A stretch of 64,000 nucleotides of DNA from Phoronis australis. Taxonomy: Eukaryota > Animalia > Phoronida. The stretch spans positions 108,063 through 172,062 of the forward strand of contig NMRA01000348.1 in the NCBI GenBank assembly GCA_002633005.1, in the 5' to 3' direction. The translations under genes were made by a program, and so were the position numbers. Of this stretch, positions 1 through 22,289 are shown in pieces; positions within the stretch are counted from its first letter, which is position 1, and each line of letters starts with the position of its first letter. The notes under the pieces were generated by a model. It did no database searches and had not been told where the DNA came from. It was given only the letters and a program-made list of their open reading frames with translations.

Positions 1-260
1 TAGGGCCTGATACCACAGGCCAGGCAAAGTCAGCTGTGTGAGTTTATTTGTAGGGGTTGATGAGACAGGCCAGGCAAAGTAAGCTGTGTCAGTTTCTTTG
101 TAGCCCTACAAATAAACTGGGTTTGATGAGACAGGCCAGGCAAAGTAAGCCATGTGAGTTTATTCATAAGGGTTGATAAGACAGGCCAGGCAAAGTATGC
201 TGCATGTGACTTTATTTATAGAGATTGGCGAGACACATCAGGAAACGTATGCTGTGAGAG
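1..260. repeat. Tandem repeat, ~50-bp unit, ~5 degenerate copies (may extend left of the window)
   Basis: Unit ~TAGGGGTTGATGAGACAGGCCAGGCAAAGTAAGCTGTGTGAGTTTATTTG. Confidence 0.9.
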
Positions 261-443
261 TACACTGCACTAGTCTGATGCACTGGTGATTTAGTAATGC
301 GACATGTTTTTGTAAAACATGTCTACCTGAACTTCTTCTCCCTGTCCTGGTAACCTGACATAAGGTTGAGATGCTCTATCTTATCTGTTACAGCCCTGAT
401 CCAGCCCTGGACTGGCTTACAGAGATTGTGTCATCGTTGAAAG

Positions 444-8461
<8,018 letters not shown>

Positions 8462-11400
8462 TATTCTACCGCTATCGTGTTGAACAAACTGGGTGATGCT
8501 ATGTCGAGCGTATTCCACGAGGTTGTCTCTGGGTTTTTGCCCATCGTTTTGTAACGTTATTGTATGATATTTAAATTCTGTCATCTTAGTTGACTAGTGT
8601 ATTTAGACATACCGCTGGCACGCCGTCGCCTCGTGTATTGTTCATTGCTAATCATGGATAGTGACAATTGTTCATATCATACGGTCCTATTGGGAACTGC
8701 TTTAATAGACAGAAGTATTCAGTTGTTATGGCAACTTGAGTATGAAATTTAGCAAGTTTCAAAAAGTGACACACAGCTCCTAAGAGAACCGTTTTGCTCA
8801 ATGGTAACCTGTCCTACTAACAATTAATCTAGGGACCATGGCTGGAGAAATGGCTGACTGGAATTTAGCCAACGATGGCTATCTATGTGGTATTGGTGAC
8901 TCTCGGTGTCATGGCTACGACAAATGTGCAATTTAATTTTCACACCTCCTGTATTTACTTTTATTGAATCTAATTTTGCACCGGGGTAGTATTCCGGGGA
9001 CCAAGATACAGGCAAGGAGAAGGAGATGACACTGACACGGCACAAAAACGTGAATGTTTTGTGTGTGCCCGACACTTAACTAGTGTTACGTACCAAAATG
9101 GTGGCCATGAAAGCTATTGGTCAGTGAGGTGAGAATGACGGGATAGTGGTTTTTAAATTATGGGATAGAATTTACGGTTTGTGTTCCATGAGTGAAGATT
9201 TTTCATTGCAAGTGTCTTGGGTCTAGGGAGCTCATCCCCGTTGTCACTCTTTGAGAAGTAGAACTTTCATATACAGCCAGGTGGTAGCAGGGGTCATCAC
9301 CGGAAGTTGTTTCCCTCACCGCTCTCCATTTTGCAAAAACGTTGTCCAATTTATTGCAGTGTGTTAATGTATAATTTCACCGTCAGTCTATTGAAATCGT
9401 GTACAGTATCTAACCATAAACATGGAAACCTTTAGACATCCAGTCTGGGAGTGTTTGGAGCCAGTTGTAATCATGCTAGGTTGACAGTTGTTGATACGAT
9501 TATGAAATGAAATCATGAGAAACCCATTGATTTAACGCCAATCATGCAGTTCGAAAATATATTTCTTCATGGTTGCGTCATTTTCTGCTGGACATGACAA
9601 TTTTTGTTTCTTTTGCCATTCATTTTTAAGGCAATGAGATTCTTTTGCTTCGTAATTCTCCATTTGTTGTGAGAAATGCACAGACAACAAAAGGGCACAG
9701 TCACGTGCAGGCACACATATTCACATTTCACTTAAAAGTGTGATGGGTATTGAGGACATCACCCGCACACGCTGTTATTCAACTTTTCTTCTGGATTTAT
9801 TGTGGATATTGGAGGATAAGATAAAGTTGCAACTGACAGCAATATGTGCTTATTCACTGAAATGCTAATGTGTACTAGGGAATGGTGTTTTATGCCATAC
9901 TCAAATTCATGAATCGGAAAAGTTACATTTATGGTAAAAACTATGCTTCATGTGATGGCTATCAGTTCTGTAATTGTCAGACAAACAAGACTTTAATAGG
10001 TGAGAAAGCAGTCTTCTAGCTAGTTTCGAAAGGGGTGCCTGAGGCCTCATCAAAATTCTGTCCGTTGGGTGGATCTTTCGCTGACTTTGCCTCCCTAGTC
10101 TAGGTTCTGAAACGCATTTCGTGTCCACATTCCACTGTATTTCTACATTTCATGTTTGGAGTGCCACATTTTCTTCTGATGACTGTCACCAACACAGTTG
10201 CGTCCTAATTGTTCTTCTCTTAGTGCGAGTCCAATCCATTTCCAGCTTTTGGTCTTAAAACAATTTGTGTTGCTCACTGGTATTGAAGTTCTTCAATTCA
10301 GGTCTGTTTGGAAACATTCGGAACCTGATCCTTGCCCCTGGGTTTACTCACTGTTAATCAATGTAGCTGGTTCTAATGAACTAATTTTTGTTCACAAATG
10401 CAGGTATTCATAATTATTTACACGTTCAATGTATTACCCATTAAATGCGAATGTTTAACGTTCGAATTACTGATCTTGTCATGATGGAAGTATTGTTCAA
10501 GAATAACTAGCTTTGAATGAGCCATTGATAGCGATTTTTTTTTAAAGTCACGTGACTTGCGGTGTAATACCAGCATGTTTTACCCATAACATATCAGGCA
10601 AACTGTGTTAATGATCAATGGAGCATTACTTCTTCATTTGTGTTGAAACTTGCTGGATCATATTATTCTAACATGAAGAGAAGATTACATGTAAGTCTCA
10701 TTGTCTGCTGCTGTCTTTGTTTCTTCACGCATACACTGTAGGTCGAGGTCAAGATGTTAGCCATCTTGAACACTACTCGGGCATTCATGGCAATAAATGA
10801 GAGATACAGTACAGGACGAAAGCAATCGGACAGATTACTGTGCCCCCGTCACATGAGGGCTAATTTCATGCCTGAACTTTAAAACTGTTTGGTAATTAAC
10901 TGTTATGGCTGCAAAACTCTTCAAGTGCAGAATGTTTACAATACTTGTTCATTCCCTTGATTGTTGGATGTGAGGGAAAGCTACACTGTACTGCGATGAA
11001 TTTGATTTCCACACAGCTGTCGTGACGGGGAATTCTAGGTCATTTTTTCTGAACATTTTCGTCTTTTACTGCACATCCTACCAATGTTTATGTTCGTTGA
11101 ATTGTGTATTTTGTACTATTATCAGGGTTAAGTAGCCGACTTGTTAACAGTTTAAAGTCCCTTGCAGTGCTAATTAAGCTGAACTAGCAAACTTCAAACT
11201 TTGCCATCAATCTAGTTTGTGTCGGTGAATCTCCACTGAAGCTGCGGCAATCAGTTATCAGCATTTGACCTATGGTGTTAAATGTAATGTGGAAAGGAAG
11301 TAACTTACTAACAGAACCAAGGATTCCACCTCAAAGAGCGAAAGACAACATCACACAGGTGGTGCAGTGTGAGGCCAATTAAGAACAACGGTATTGTTGG

Positions 11401-13009
11401 CAAAATGAATCTATTGATCAAGTGGATAGTACATAAATTGAATGTCAAGGTGTCTGCACATTCACAAGTTGGATGTTGTCATCGTTCCATTTTGCAAATC
11501 AATATCGTTCAGCATCCTCAAGTTTCAATAATTTACGGTGAGCTTATGAGCCCTTCAGGAATTGACTATAGAATAGCTATATATCACTGAACTCAAACAG
11601 ATTGGAATTGCTTTGCCACTGTTGTGTGCACTTCGGTTAGACCAAAGAAACAAAGTTGGCTCTGATCTTTACCCTGACTAGTTCTGAGACCAACAAGAAA
11701 AATTGTTTGCCTACATGAATTTCAGCTAAGGTATTTTTTTTCTTGAAACTCTGCACACAGGCACATAATCGAGGGTAAGGAAGGTTTGATCTACCATGAT
11801 TTGTCAAGCAAAGAGTAAGAGTGACACTCCATTTTTGCCCGTCTCTGCTTTATTCTTTTTTAGCAACTAAAACCACACAGCACCACCCATTGAATTTTCA
11901 AAAAAAAAAACACCCATTGAATTTTCAAAAAAAAACAAAACAGATCCAATGTTTTTGGCTCCATACTAATTTCCTGACCGATATGTGGTATTGCTTTCCA
12001 CAATGAAATTTGATAACAGGAAGAATAGAAAAGCAATCAGCAGTTGTTACCTTGGGTTTCTGTAACTTACGTTTTATACGTTAAGTTATATTAAGTCCCT
12101 TGTGGTTTCATACTCTAGAGGGTTATGGGATAACATTGTAAAAGTTAGAATGATATACAGTAGTTCTTGCATCCCGTTTTGTTGGACCTGCTGTTACTTT
12201 GCATTGTACTTTGGTCACACAGTGGTTAAAATTTAAAAAAAAATGAATGTGTCATGGAAGATTGGCTCATACACAAACTGATTGAGACTAAAGCGTCCGA
12301 TTGTTGGCTTTTTGTGGAGATGGTCTTTTGCTGCGCGTGCTGTAGTGCAGGAAGATTTCCTGATTGGTTGGGTTTGTAGTTTTTGGCGTGTATGTCGGGT
12401 GAACTCCGTGTGCAGGACAAAGCAAATTATGCTCGTTTGTACAATATGTGTTCCATCTCTTTAGCATTGTGAACTGGCTAACCACGGAAGTTGCCTCTAG
12501 TCATAACTTTCAGGTCTTAGCAACAACTTTTCGTGGATGTTTGTCAACTTAAAAATTAACCAATTTTGTGCCACATTTCGAAGAGAATTCCCATAAATCC
12601 GCTGTGTGCACATCTGCTTTCAGAATTCTGTCAAAGATCAACTGTGTGTTCATGTAATGACATGTGCTAGGTAGTCTGCAATCATAGTTATTGGTGGCTG
12701 TGTGTATTAACTGATACATCCTCTCACTAGACCTAACACGTAGTGCTGCTTGTCCATGAACAAATCAATGGCCAATTTTTTTCCTTATTACGGTTTCCAT
12801 TTTACTTCCCAATCTCAATAAATAAGTTTGGGTAAATCTTTTTTACATCTGGGGCTGTTATACAGCTTGGTAGGTAGGGCCATTATTCTGTGTTGATTGC
12901 CTGTGATTGTCATCCATATTTTCTCAGGCTGGCCATCACTAGGCAGTGACATGTACGGCATTTTCCACCTAGTTGGTGGAGTCTGTTTGTGAACATTATT
13001 GTATATATT

Positions 13010-13259
13010 AATAAATTTGCAACATATATTGATTTGTAAATTAGCTCACATTGATCGTCAGCAATAAAATCTTGCTGGATGTAGATTCAAGGAGTTTTGT
13101 ATTCATGTTCAGGACTGTGCATTTGGTCTGTATATTGCATATGTCATTTGTCAAGAAATTTTGTAGTAGATAACCAGTTCTTAAGGTACGTAGGACTTCA
13201 CTGGCAAGGATGTGTAGTTAGTTAAATATCTTCAAAACAATTGATTTTAATTCAATAAA
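13010..13259 (+). terminator. Cluster of candidate polyadenylation signals for Csk
   Basis: AATAAA at 13010, 13063 and 13254, near where the T/G-rich + strand skew reverses. Confidence 0.35.
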
Positions 13260-14399
13260 AGTATTATTTTCTGAACGTAGCGAGCTTGAAGGATTTGATT
13301 TTTTTACTTTGTACCAGTCATTCAGTGGGTGAGCATACCCGTTTTTTTATTTAAACTTGGCATAGTAGCAACTGGAGGTGCATTGCTAGCAAACAACTAT
13401 CAATAACCATCAAATTTTATTCGATGAACGTAAATATTCAAGATGAGATCTCAAAAATGCTGTAACAGTTTACTAAAATATTTTGTTTTCATTTTATGCA
13501 ATGTTGGAGTTTTTTCGTGAAAATCAAGTCTTTTTTATTTGTAAAGGTGAGAGATTTATAAAACAATCCTATAGTCACTGAATTTGTGAAAGCAGCGAGC
13601 AACATTAAAGCCAGTTAGCTTCTTCACAAATCCGCCACATCACTTGACCAGAGCGGGACTGCCAGGTACACAATCCAACACAATTGCATGAAAAGGCAGA
13701 TTCATCTATTTAGAAAAGTTTAGGTGCAAGTAAAATTATCCTGAAGAATATTCTATATCAAAAACAATGAGTACAAAGATGGTAATGAAATTCAGTGCTG
13801 TGGCTCCTGCACCTAGTAGTCTATAGAAATGAAAAAGTAGGAATTGCTTATTCTTGCTGAAGAGTTACATGTAGTTAGTTTACCCCTTTGGCCAAAAATG
13901 GAGGTACGGGTCCTTGGGTCCCTCTCATCCTGTATCCGCCTATGGTATGTAAGACTGGGGAGGTCAACTACGGGTCTGAGACATAGTTTCACCACAATGT
14001 TCTAAATGTCTCCTCTTGAACACAAACTCCCTATTAAATCTTATAGGAAGACAAAACTAACAAAAAAGCTAGCAATATCCATCAAAATCCATCACTCATC
14101 ATCAAAGAAATGGCCAAAATACAGAAGGAAATGAGATGGAATACAAGACATTCAAATCAGTTGAAAATTAGTCATTAACATTTACTTCATAAACATTACA
14201 TTCTCACCATTATTCAGTGGCTCACACTGATAACAATGCCATGGTTTGACCACAGAGTGAAATTTGAAATCTCCAGGTCTGAGTGAATGATCAGTTTTCA
14301 TTGTCGAGTGTCGACATGTTTTAATAACACATCGACTGTTGTCAGTTATACAGTAATTGCTTCACTGTCCTCAGGGTCACAATAACAATGATATTCCTT

Positions 14400-17300
14400 T
14401 TATATGCCAGAGTCTCCAAAAATGAGATCCAGCGCAGCGTCGATGTTTCCTCCTGTCTGCTGTAGAGCGTTGCGAGCCACAGTTTCATTTTGTATCCCCA
14501 TTCCAAGAAGAGTATGAACTTGCTGGTCAAAGGACTGGAATAGGACGGATGTTAGACATTAATTGGGTTCGTCATTGGAAGTTATAAAAAGGACAACAAA
14601 ATATACCTCGTCCTTGTAACAGTCTACAGAAAAATATTTTAGTCATTGTCAAAATTGATTATTACTATGGGGAGAGATCCTGAGCTCAAAGGGACGAAAT
14701 CTTCAGAAAGCACTGGGCTTGGCTGATGATTGCACTTGACTCTGGAGCACAACCACCTAGCTTTGTGTAATTCTTCCTCTATCAACTTCCGTTACGTGAG
14801 CACTTACTCTGTTTAAAAGGATTTCACGATACAAAAAGACTTTCTGAAACTGATGCTGCTCCCCCTATGTTTCAAATGTGAGATTAGCCACAAGTTACGC
14901 AAACTGGCTGGGCAGATATTTGACAGTGCCAAACATTTGCAAGACGTCTTGAAACTGTTGTCTATCGATAACGAACAGTATTCCGCCCTAGTACTATAAT
15001 CATTCCTTATAGGTTACTTTCCGAGAATAGATCATACCTGTGCCGCCAATGCTGCTTGTTGTACTGCGTGCGACTGGAAAACCCGCCTCATTTGATCATT
15101 TGAAGTGGCTTGGTCACTCTTGAAAATGCAAATTGTAAATGTACAAGTAGATTTCAAAAAATTTTCCTCCACATTAGTATGCCTTCAAGTTATGGCAAAA
15201 ACAGAAATCAGATGAAAAATAACACTAAATCATTTGACAATTAGTCAGAAACTTTTTCTTGAAAATTTGGACGAGGAGGTTGCATATTTCTGGATATATT
15301 TTAGCAAGAACGACATAACTTCGCATGTCATACTTTTAATAATTATTCATTACCCGAGAGTTAAATCTGATTTCAGAGACAGGATCCAGTGCTCTGATAA
15401 TTACACCAACCAATGCAGTGCACTTACACATAGTGTGAACACAACACAAGGACTTACCACAGATGCACCAGAACTGCCAGCAGAGGGCACCACTGGTGAC
15501 CTGGAAACAGACGTGGCTGCTGCAGCTGCAGCCAAAGCAGCAGACAACTGAGATGCAGTTATGGTTGAAGGAGACTGCGGAGAGAAAAAATCAAATCCAA
15601 TTGAAAAATATTCAAATTTCTGGTAAAATCTCACAAATTTAGGACACAGTATGACGGAAAAGTGAAAAATTTTCATAAAACATAAATGGTGTCTAACTAA
15701 GCCTTAATTACTTTAAAGCTCTATATATAATTAGATATCACCTGACAACGCTTTGGGAAATTGTAAGTATTCGTAGAAATGTTAAAAAGCCTTTGAAAAT
15801 GAAACCAGCTTTTAAAACCCGTTGTTGCTGCATCATTTCTTAAAGTTAAACAGTCATTTTCTGATCGCCTTGTCGCTAGATGGCGATGATGTAGTTGGTG
15901 GACAGCGTTCCATAGACTTAAATGCAGGACATTTTCCAGTATTTTTACAAATTCTATATAACTATCGTGCCACCAGACTGCTGCCACTGCTGTGTGCTGG
16001 GATATCGGATGATTTCCACAAAACTGTCGAGCGTCATAAAATATCCGCGAATGTCAAACATCACATTTCGCCCTTGGCAACTCAGCCAGTCTTGCATACC
16101 AAAATTAGAAATTGGGTGAAATGAGACACTTTTGTGCTGTCACGCCTTTAAAAGAATGATACGTGCAGCGACTCACATTGCAGCACGCATGCCTAAATTC
16201 AAATCCGCACACAATAATAAAGTATAGTGTTAAACAGTATATGGATGTTTATGCTCTCCTGGTAACAAAAAATAAAAAGGTAGACTGTTATTAATCAGTA
16301 ACACACGATCATTACATTGTTGGGAATGCATTGCCTGCACACCAGTATCGGTAAAGGCATTTGACTCTCTTTTGTAACAGACTTCTGCAGATAGCTGTTT
16401 TTAAGACATTGCAGAGAAAAGTGGAATCAGACGAGTTCCATCACAAAACCCGATATCTGTCAATCTTGAAACTTTTAGAATTTAACATTTACCACAGAAA
16501 AGTCGATCCGCTGAACAACACGAAACTTCAATTATGTTTTTAGTAAAACCTGATATATTCCAAAGTGAGGCATGTTCAAAACACGGCCGGCGTCTTTCCA
16601 AAATGTGGTATATGTCACCAATCATATTGAAATTTTAAAACTACCAGACTACCTTGACCTCACCAGCCTAAACCTTGACCTGTTCAGGCAGCAATTTAAC
16701 CTTATCAGGATTCTCTATGACCTCACCTGACCCTGCCGTGGTTGTCGTGCCCTGGATGGCATCGCCCCCAGTGTTTCCTCCTCCACATCCAACCCTGCCA
16801 GGCGACTGCTAGTGGCCTCTTTAGCCGCCATTTCCATGATCTGTTTCACAGCCTGAACAAGACCAGGATGTTGCTCAGCAGCTCTGCAGAAAGACGGCAG
16901 TATTTGACAAACACAAAAATTTACAAAATAGCTTCCGTACCACAGCCGAACCTCATGACAATGAACCTCACGAAGCTTAACGAAGGTTTGAAAAAACTGA
17001 ATCAATTTTTTAGAGAAAATAAAAACCATATATTATTCCGTTTACTTGCTATTTTTTCATATTGAAGGCTGTTCAACAGCATGTCTGGCCGCGTGCAGCA
17101 AATCACATGTTTGTACGTCACACACTGTGCACTGCACAAATATGAAATCAAGGAGTGGGAACATGATCAATTTTTAGGTACTCATTCACTGCTTCACAGT
17201 AAAGTTGAAGCTTCCAACTGGTTCATCGAAATTGGTACGTTACGACCTTGCCAGCGTTGTAACTGTGTTTGGTTAGAACAAAGCGTAGAAAAAAGTTACG

Positions 17301-20300
17301 TTGCATTCGAGAAAAATGTCACTTCTGGAATGGAACGTTATATAATCCACAGACTTGAGCAACAAACTCGACTAAAACTCAAGATTTTTAGTAAAAACAA
17401 AAAATTTTGAGTTCAGACTTCAGGGCCCTCTATTCCTCAATATTGGGATTTAATTTAGCAGAAATATTTAACTTGAGATAAAACGATGACAGTGGCGACT
17501 GATACTTTGAAACAAAATCAGCTATCAGCAACTTCTTGGGAATGAGATTAATGGACAATAGTCACTTACAGAGGTTCCGCCTTTTGAGAACCAGTCTGAT
17601 GCCTGTTATTCAGTGGAGAAAACTGGTTCATAAAATGCGGTATCACTGCAAGTGACTACTACAGATTAACGCATCAACCTGCCACAGGGTAGGGAAAAAT
17701 TTCAGAAGCTCAACCCAGAACTACTATGGCTGGACATCCAGACCCAAAGTCCATATCCTCTGAGTGCAGGGTAAATCAAATCCAGTGCCAAGAGCCAACA
17801 CAACATGAGCAAAAGACCAGATACTGCATCCAAACTGACTGGCAGAGTATTTATGGGAGCAGACACTGAACTGATTTCCTAACCTGAACCAGCAACAAGC
17901 CACTCACTTTCTGATATTTTCAGGGGAGTCAGAAATCACCGACAGGACAGAAGGTTCTGTTAAGATAGCTGAAAATAAAGAATCAGTTTAAAAATTCATC
18001 GCAAATGCAATAAACACACTTTTGGCGATTCAAGCTCTTGTGTAGGACTGTCTGACAAACAAAAGATTGAAGCAAGGCGGCTTGATTTAGCACAGGTCAT
18101 TGCAAACATTTTGATCAGATGTATGTTCGACCACTAGAAACATTAACAGATGCCAGATATTTCCACTGTTTTAAGGCAAAATATAATTTTTCTAATATTA
18201 ATAGTTATTTTTAAAACCATTACAGACTTAAAATTCAAATTTTAATGGCTGAAAGTATAAAAATGTCAGTGTCCAAAATTAAAGAAGTTGAAAATAAATA
18301 TAAGTGAAGTGCCAGGATCAAGAAATCGAAAACTGAACCAGGGACCGTGATAAAGTTGGCCGAAAACTTACACAGGGCAACAGGATCATTTTGAAGTTCT
18401 TCCATGTTAGTCAACTTTTTGGTGACATCACTAGAGGTTAACAGCGTCTCAAGCTGAAATGCAATAAGATTATAAAAGGAAAAACAAAAAAACATATTGA
18501 TCGTAACCTGCAGTAGATGAAGTCAGTAAATAAATATACTCACCTATTCATATTCATGGAAAACTTTTATAATACCATAGAAGTAAATGATTTTTATTGG
18601 ACTGGTGTAATGAAGCGTCTTGCAAAGATGGAACAGCGGATGAGGGAGCATAGCTGGTTACCATGGAGGGCCATATGAAAATGCCGAGAGTTCACAGTAA
18701 GCAGACTATGGCAGCATTACCTGGTCATTCTGTGACATGTAGACTGGACATGTGATTTATTATTATCAGGTAGACTACTGTAGCCTAACCAAGCCACAGT
18801 GTGGCTTAACAATTCACATGTAGACTACGGTAACATAACCTAACTGCAGTGTGACTTAAAATAATTTAGACCACAGTTCCACAACCAAGCCACAGTGCCA
18901 ATTATAATAATTTAGACCGTGGTAGCATATCCAAGCCACAGAGTAACTTACAATAATTTACACTACGGTAGCATAACCTATGTACAGTGTGACTTAAAAT
19001 AATTTAGACTGCGGTTTGGAAGCCTGACCAGGCTGTAGTGTAACTTATAAAAATTTAAGCTACGGCAGCATAACCTAGCCACAGTGCAAACAATTTAAGC
19101 TACGGTAGCATAACCCAGCCACAATGTGACTAACACTATGGTAACACAATACTTACTGCTTGTTTCACCTCCACTCTCTTCATGTATTTCTGTAGTGTGG
19201 TAATCAACTCGTTAACAGTAGCACTACCAACAGCTGCTGAAACAATGAACATTGTAATTGTGGTACCATTCCATGCTAAGCGTATTGAAACTCAAGGAGA
19301 TGGCGATTGTGAGGACTTAAACCAGCTAAAAAGAAACCTTATTCTTGTTAGGTTTTGTACGAGTATTTGTCCCAGTTGGTAAGATTTAAAGACTATGGCA
19401 GCCTCAAAGGCATTCCTTTGCGCACATCGGGTGTTCTATACGAGATGTGACTTTGATGATATCCAGGATGAGGGGAAATTTAAAGCTTTCCGCATTTAAG
19501 GCAAGTGATGTACCTCCCTCAGGTGATTGGACGGCTATCTGAATGAAGTGTGGAATTATGGTCCTGAGCGATGGTATGAAAACACCCACAATTCCATTTC
19601 CAGACAGCAACTTAAGCGGAGAAATTTGGCAGCAAGAATCACTTGCCTTAGCGAATGTGAATTTGTTCAAAGTCCAAGATGGCTGATGACTTACCCACAT
19701 GTGCCTTATTCTCTGTACTCATAGGGGTCTGTCGTCTAAATACGTGTACCGTGGCTCCGTTTTTAATACCGTAGTGACCGAGGGTAGATGAGTCACGTAG
19801 CAGTCTACCGCAATAGATGAGCTCTGTTGGATAGAACATTATACACAGTTGATGTTTGTCATAGTACACATGTAGTGGGTAAGCTGCAGTATAGCACCAT
19901 CTATTGTTTGTATAAGACAACTGTGATTGTATGAATCTTTGACCCACTTCACTCTCTACTGGTCCAAAACCATATATGGCTAAGTTGGTTGCAATTCATG
20001 TTGTTATTAGATATAGATAGTTCTATGCACAATAAGGTTTTGTGGAACTTGAGCGTTCTTCTATAAATAGATAGTACATACATATTAAAATGAACTATTT
20101 TCTGAATGTCACGATTCAAGAAACAGTGTATCACACGGACTTTATGAGACACAATCAAGTGTTCTCTGTCAATGGGGAACTTTATAACATGACTCCCAAG
20201 TCCGTCTAACCATCACTCTGAGGATGAACACAGACAGTCAAAAACATCCATAATTTATTGTAACTACTCAATCATGTCTCATGAACTTCACCTGATATTT

Positions 20301-22289
20301 GACTTATCAAGCTGAAGTCCATGAGAGACGGACACAACATCGCTAACTCAAGTAAGCAAATCCAGTATTTTACTTAAGTATTTCCTTCACTCTGTTACCT
20401 GGATAGGATGTCTTAAATTTTTCAATCGTCCGGTGAAATTATTAAGTGACCAGCAAGACAAAGAACACAGCATCAACAAATAAATAATATATCTCTGCCT
20501 ATTGCATGTACAGATGTGTCAATGGCTTGACTCAAACATATCTCAGCCGCACATTCAGTAGCAGTCAACCTACATAAGCGTTCGTCCGTTGAAGGTAATG
20601 CTTCATTTAAAAAATTTAAAAACCGAGACCGGTGAGAGATATTTTATTTATGCTGCTGCTGTAATATGAAACTCTATTGGCCCAGAAATTAAACAGTCCG
20701 ATTCCATTAAAGTTATGAAATTTAATATTAAGAAGTGGTAGTAATTTTTTTTTTCGCATTGTTACACCTGTACCAGTGTTAATTATATGTCATTTTTCAA
20801 TGCTGTAAATACTCTCAATATTTAATACCATCTTTTATTTAATTTCAAACATTTGTTGCGAGCAGTCCCTCATTCAGTTCCAAAAATCGGTAACTTGCCA
20901 TTTATCACACTGTGCGCGGCAGGTGGTATGACGTCACATCCCCTGGCGTGCGCAGCGTAAAAATGGCGAGTTACTGATTTTGAGAACTGAGCGAGTGATT
21001 GCTCGAAGAAACAATTTGATAACGGGACTATTTCTTCGAGCTGGAAGTAATTAAATATATCGACGACCTCCTAAGGTCTCCTTCTATGCGCAAAAGGTAT
21101 TTATAACAATGTGACTTTTGATGTTTTAGTCAGTGCGAGGCATAATTCACCAAAAAGCTTCTGGCGTATGAAGCGTCTATAGGAGCTCTATCGTCTAGCA
21201 GATGACTTGGTTCATTGTTGTTGTAGATGTGCTTCCAGTGAATCATATGAGCCTCTGTTAGCTACTCGCTAACGGGCAATTGCCTATTAACTGTATGGTT
21301 AGCACGCTTGCCGGTTTTATGGGGGTCGCTGGTTTGATTCCCGGGTCAGGTAATCTCGGCTATAACTACAAATGGCGTAGCTGGCAAACGAATGATCTAC
21401 CCATGAAGCACTGCCAACTAGTACCCGCGGACCTCGGGACGGCGCACATATTAAGGTTCCAGGAGTCGAGGACCTGTATGAAAGACTACCTTGTGTTCAC
21501 CTGTGTTGCGTTGGTAAAAGTACCAAGGGACGTTGATGACCTGTATGCAAGACATCCTGGTGTTCACCATCTTGGTGGCATACCTGTTCCATAGGGAAGG
21601 GTGTATGTTGTAGATGTGCTTCCGGTGAGTCATATGAGCCTCTGTTAGCTACTCACCAACAGGAAACTGCCCATTAGCTGAATGGTTAGCATGCTCGTCG
21701 GTTTTATGGGAGTCGATTCCTGGGTCAGGTAATGCCGGCTATTAAGTATTTAACTACATTCAATTTGTTAGTTAGAGGAAGGTAATGTTGTAATCGTCAA
21801 CATCATTCGTCCTTTATCTTTCTGTGGTGTCTTGTGATTTGTCAGTTTTATGGTTCCCCAGATGCTTCTTTTATTTATACTGCTGGCGGGAACCCTGTTG
21901 GCAGTCGATTACCGGGTCGGGAAATCTCGGCTATTACTACAGTACTAACACACTGAACAAGAAATCCCCCCATTCCTATGGTTAATAGCAATTTCATCAA
22001 TTGATGAAAAGCCCAACGGTGGACCTTCAGCTGAGTACGCCTATTAGCAGCTATTGCTGTGTTAATTCAACAGTTAACTGTTAACTGTTAAAGGAAACTG
22101 GCTTCCAAATTTGGAAAGCCTTTCAAAGGTGACAACGATAATTGATTTACCCAAATCATCTTTAGAAATACTTGTGAGTTGACACACTTTATCTCTGAAA
22201 CTAGAGACCAGGCCTTTAACGTCAACATCGTTCAGTGTAAATCTTTTTGTCTTCTCGTCGGTTCGACAGCAAACAGACACCGCGGCCAT
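14400..22289 (-). CDS. UBL7: Ubiquitin-like protein 7 (N-terminal UBL, C-terminal UBA), 9 exons, 326 aa
   Basis: Minus-strand exons 22289-22151, 19823-19695, 19236-19157, 18453-18372, 17968-17908, 16883-16727, 15574-15458, 15118-15038, 14534-14400; phases consistent, 981 nt. Motifs ELIYCGRLLRD..TLGHYGIKNGATVHVFR (UBL), LQNDPVAL, HPGLVQAV, ITASQLSAALA, and UBA LLGMGIQNETVARNALQQTGGNIDAALDLIF match the UBL7 pattern as I recall it. Confidence 0.9.
17559..17658. mobile_element. ~100-bp hairpin MITE; further copies at ~3550-3637, ~5404-5480, ~26222-26294
   Basis: TAGTCACTTACAG..TTTTGAGAACCAGT...ACTGGTTCATAAAA..CTGCAAGTGACTA; long inverted arms and a shared core (CCACTGAATAACA or close variant) in all copies. 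Confidence 0.8.
18770..19145. repeat. Tandem repeat, ~46-bp unit, ~8 copies, UBL7 intron 3
   Basis: Unit ~TAGACTACGGTAGCATAACCAAGCCACAGTGTGACTTAAAATAATT. Confidence 0.9.
21216..21758 (+). mobile_element. Non-autonomous LTR retrotransposon (TRIM) with tRNA-like LTRs, in UBL7 intron 1
   Basis: Direct repeats 21216-21370 and 21602-21758 with TGT...ACA ends; PBS TGGCGTAGCTGGCA at 21373-21386; PPT AGGGAAGGG at 21593-21601; TTCA on both flanks (21211-21214, 21759-21762); no recognisable retroelement ORF inside. Confidence 0.85.
21896..21940 (+). mobile_element. 3' fragment of a third LTR of the same TRIM family
   Basis: GTCGATTACCGGGTCGGGAAATCTCGGCTATTACTACA matches the LTR 3' ends. Confidence 0.6.

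Noticed and set aside
11881-11935. Short CACCCATTGAATTTTC-A(n) duplication
   Set aside because: Simple local slippage or assembly duplication with no further structure.
18770-19145. CRISPR-like regularly spaced repeats (also 1-260)
   Set aside because: Eukaryotic intron; whole units repeat without unique spacers; no cas genes.
21281-21352. Functional tRNA gene
   Set aside because: Acceptor and anticodon stems do not pair properly, and the segment is part of an LTR.
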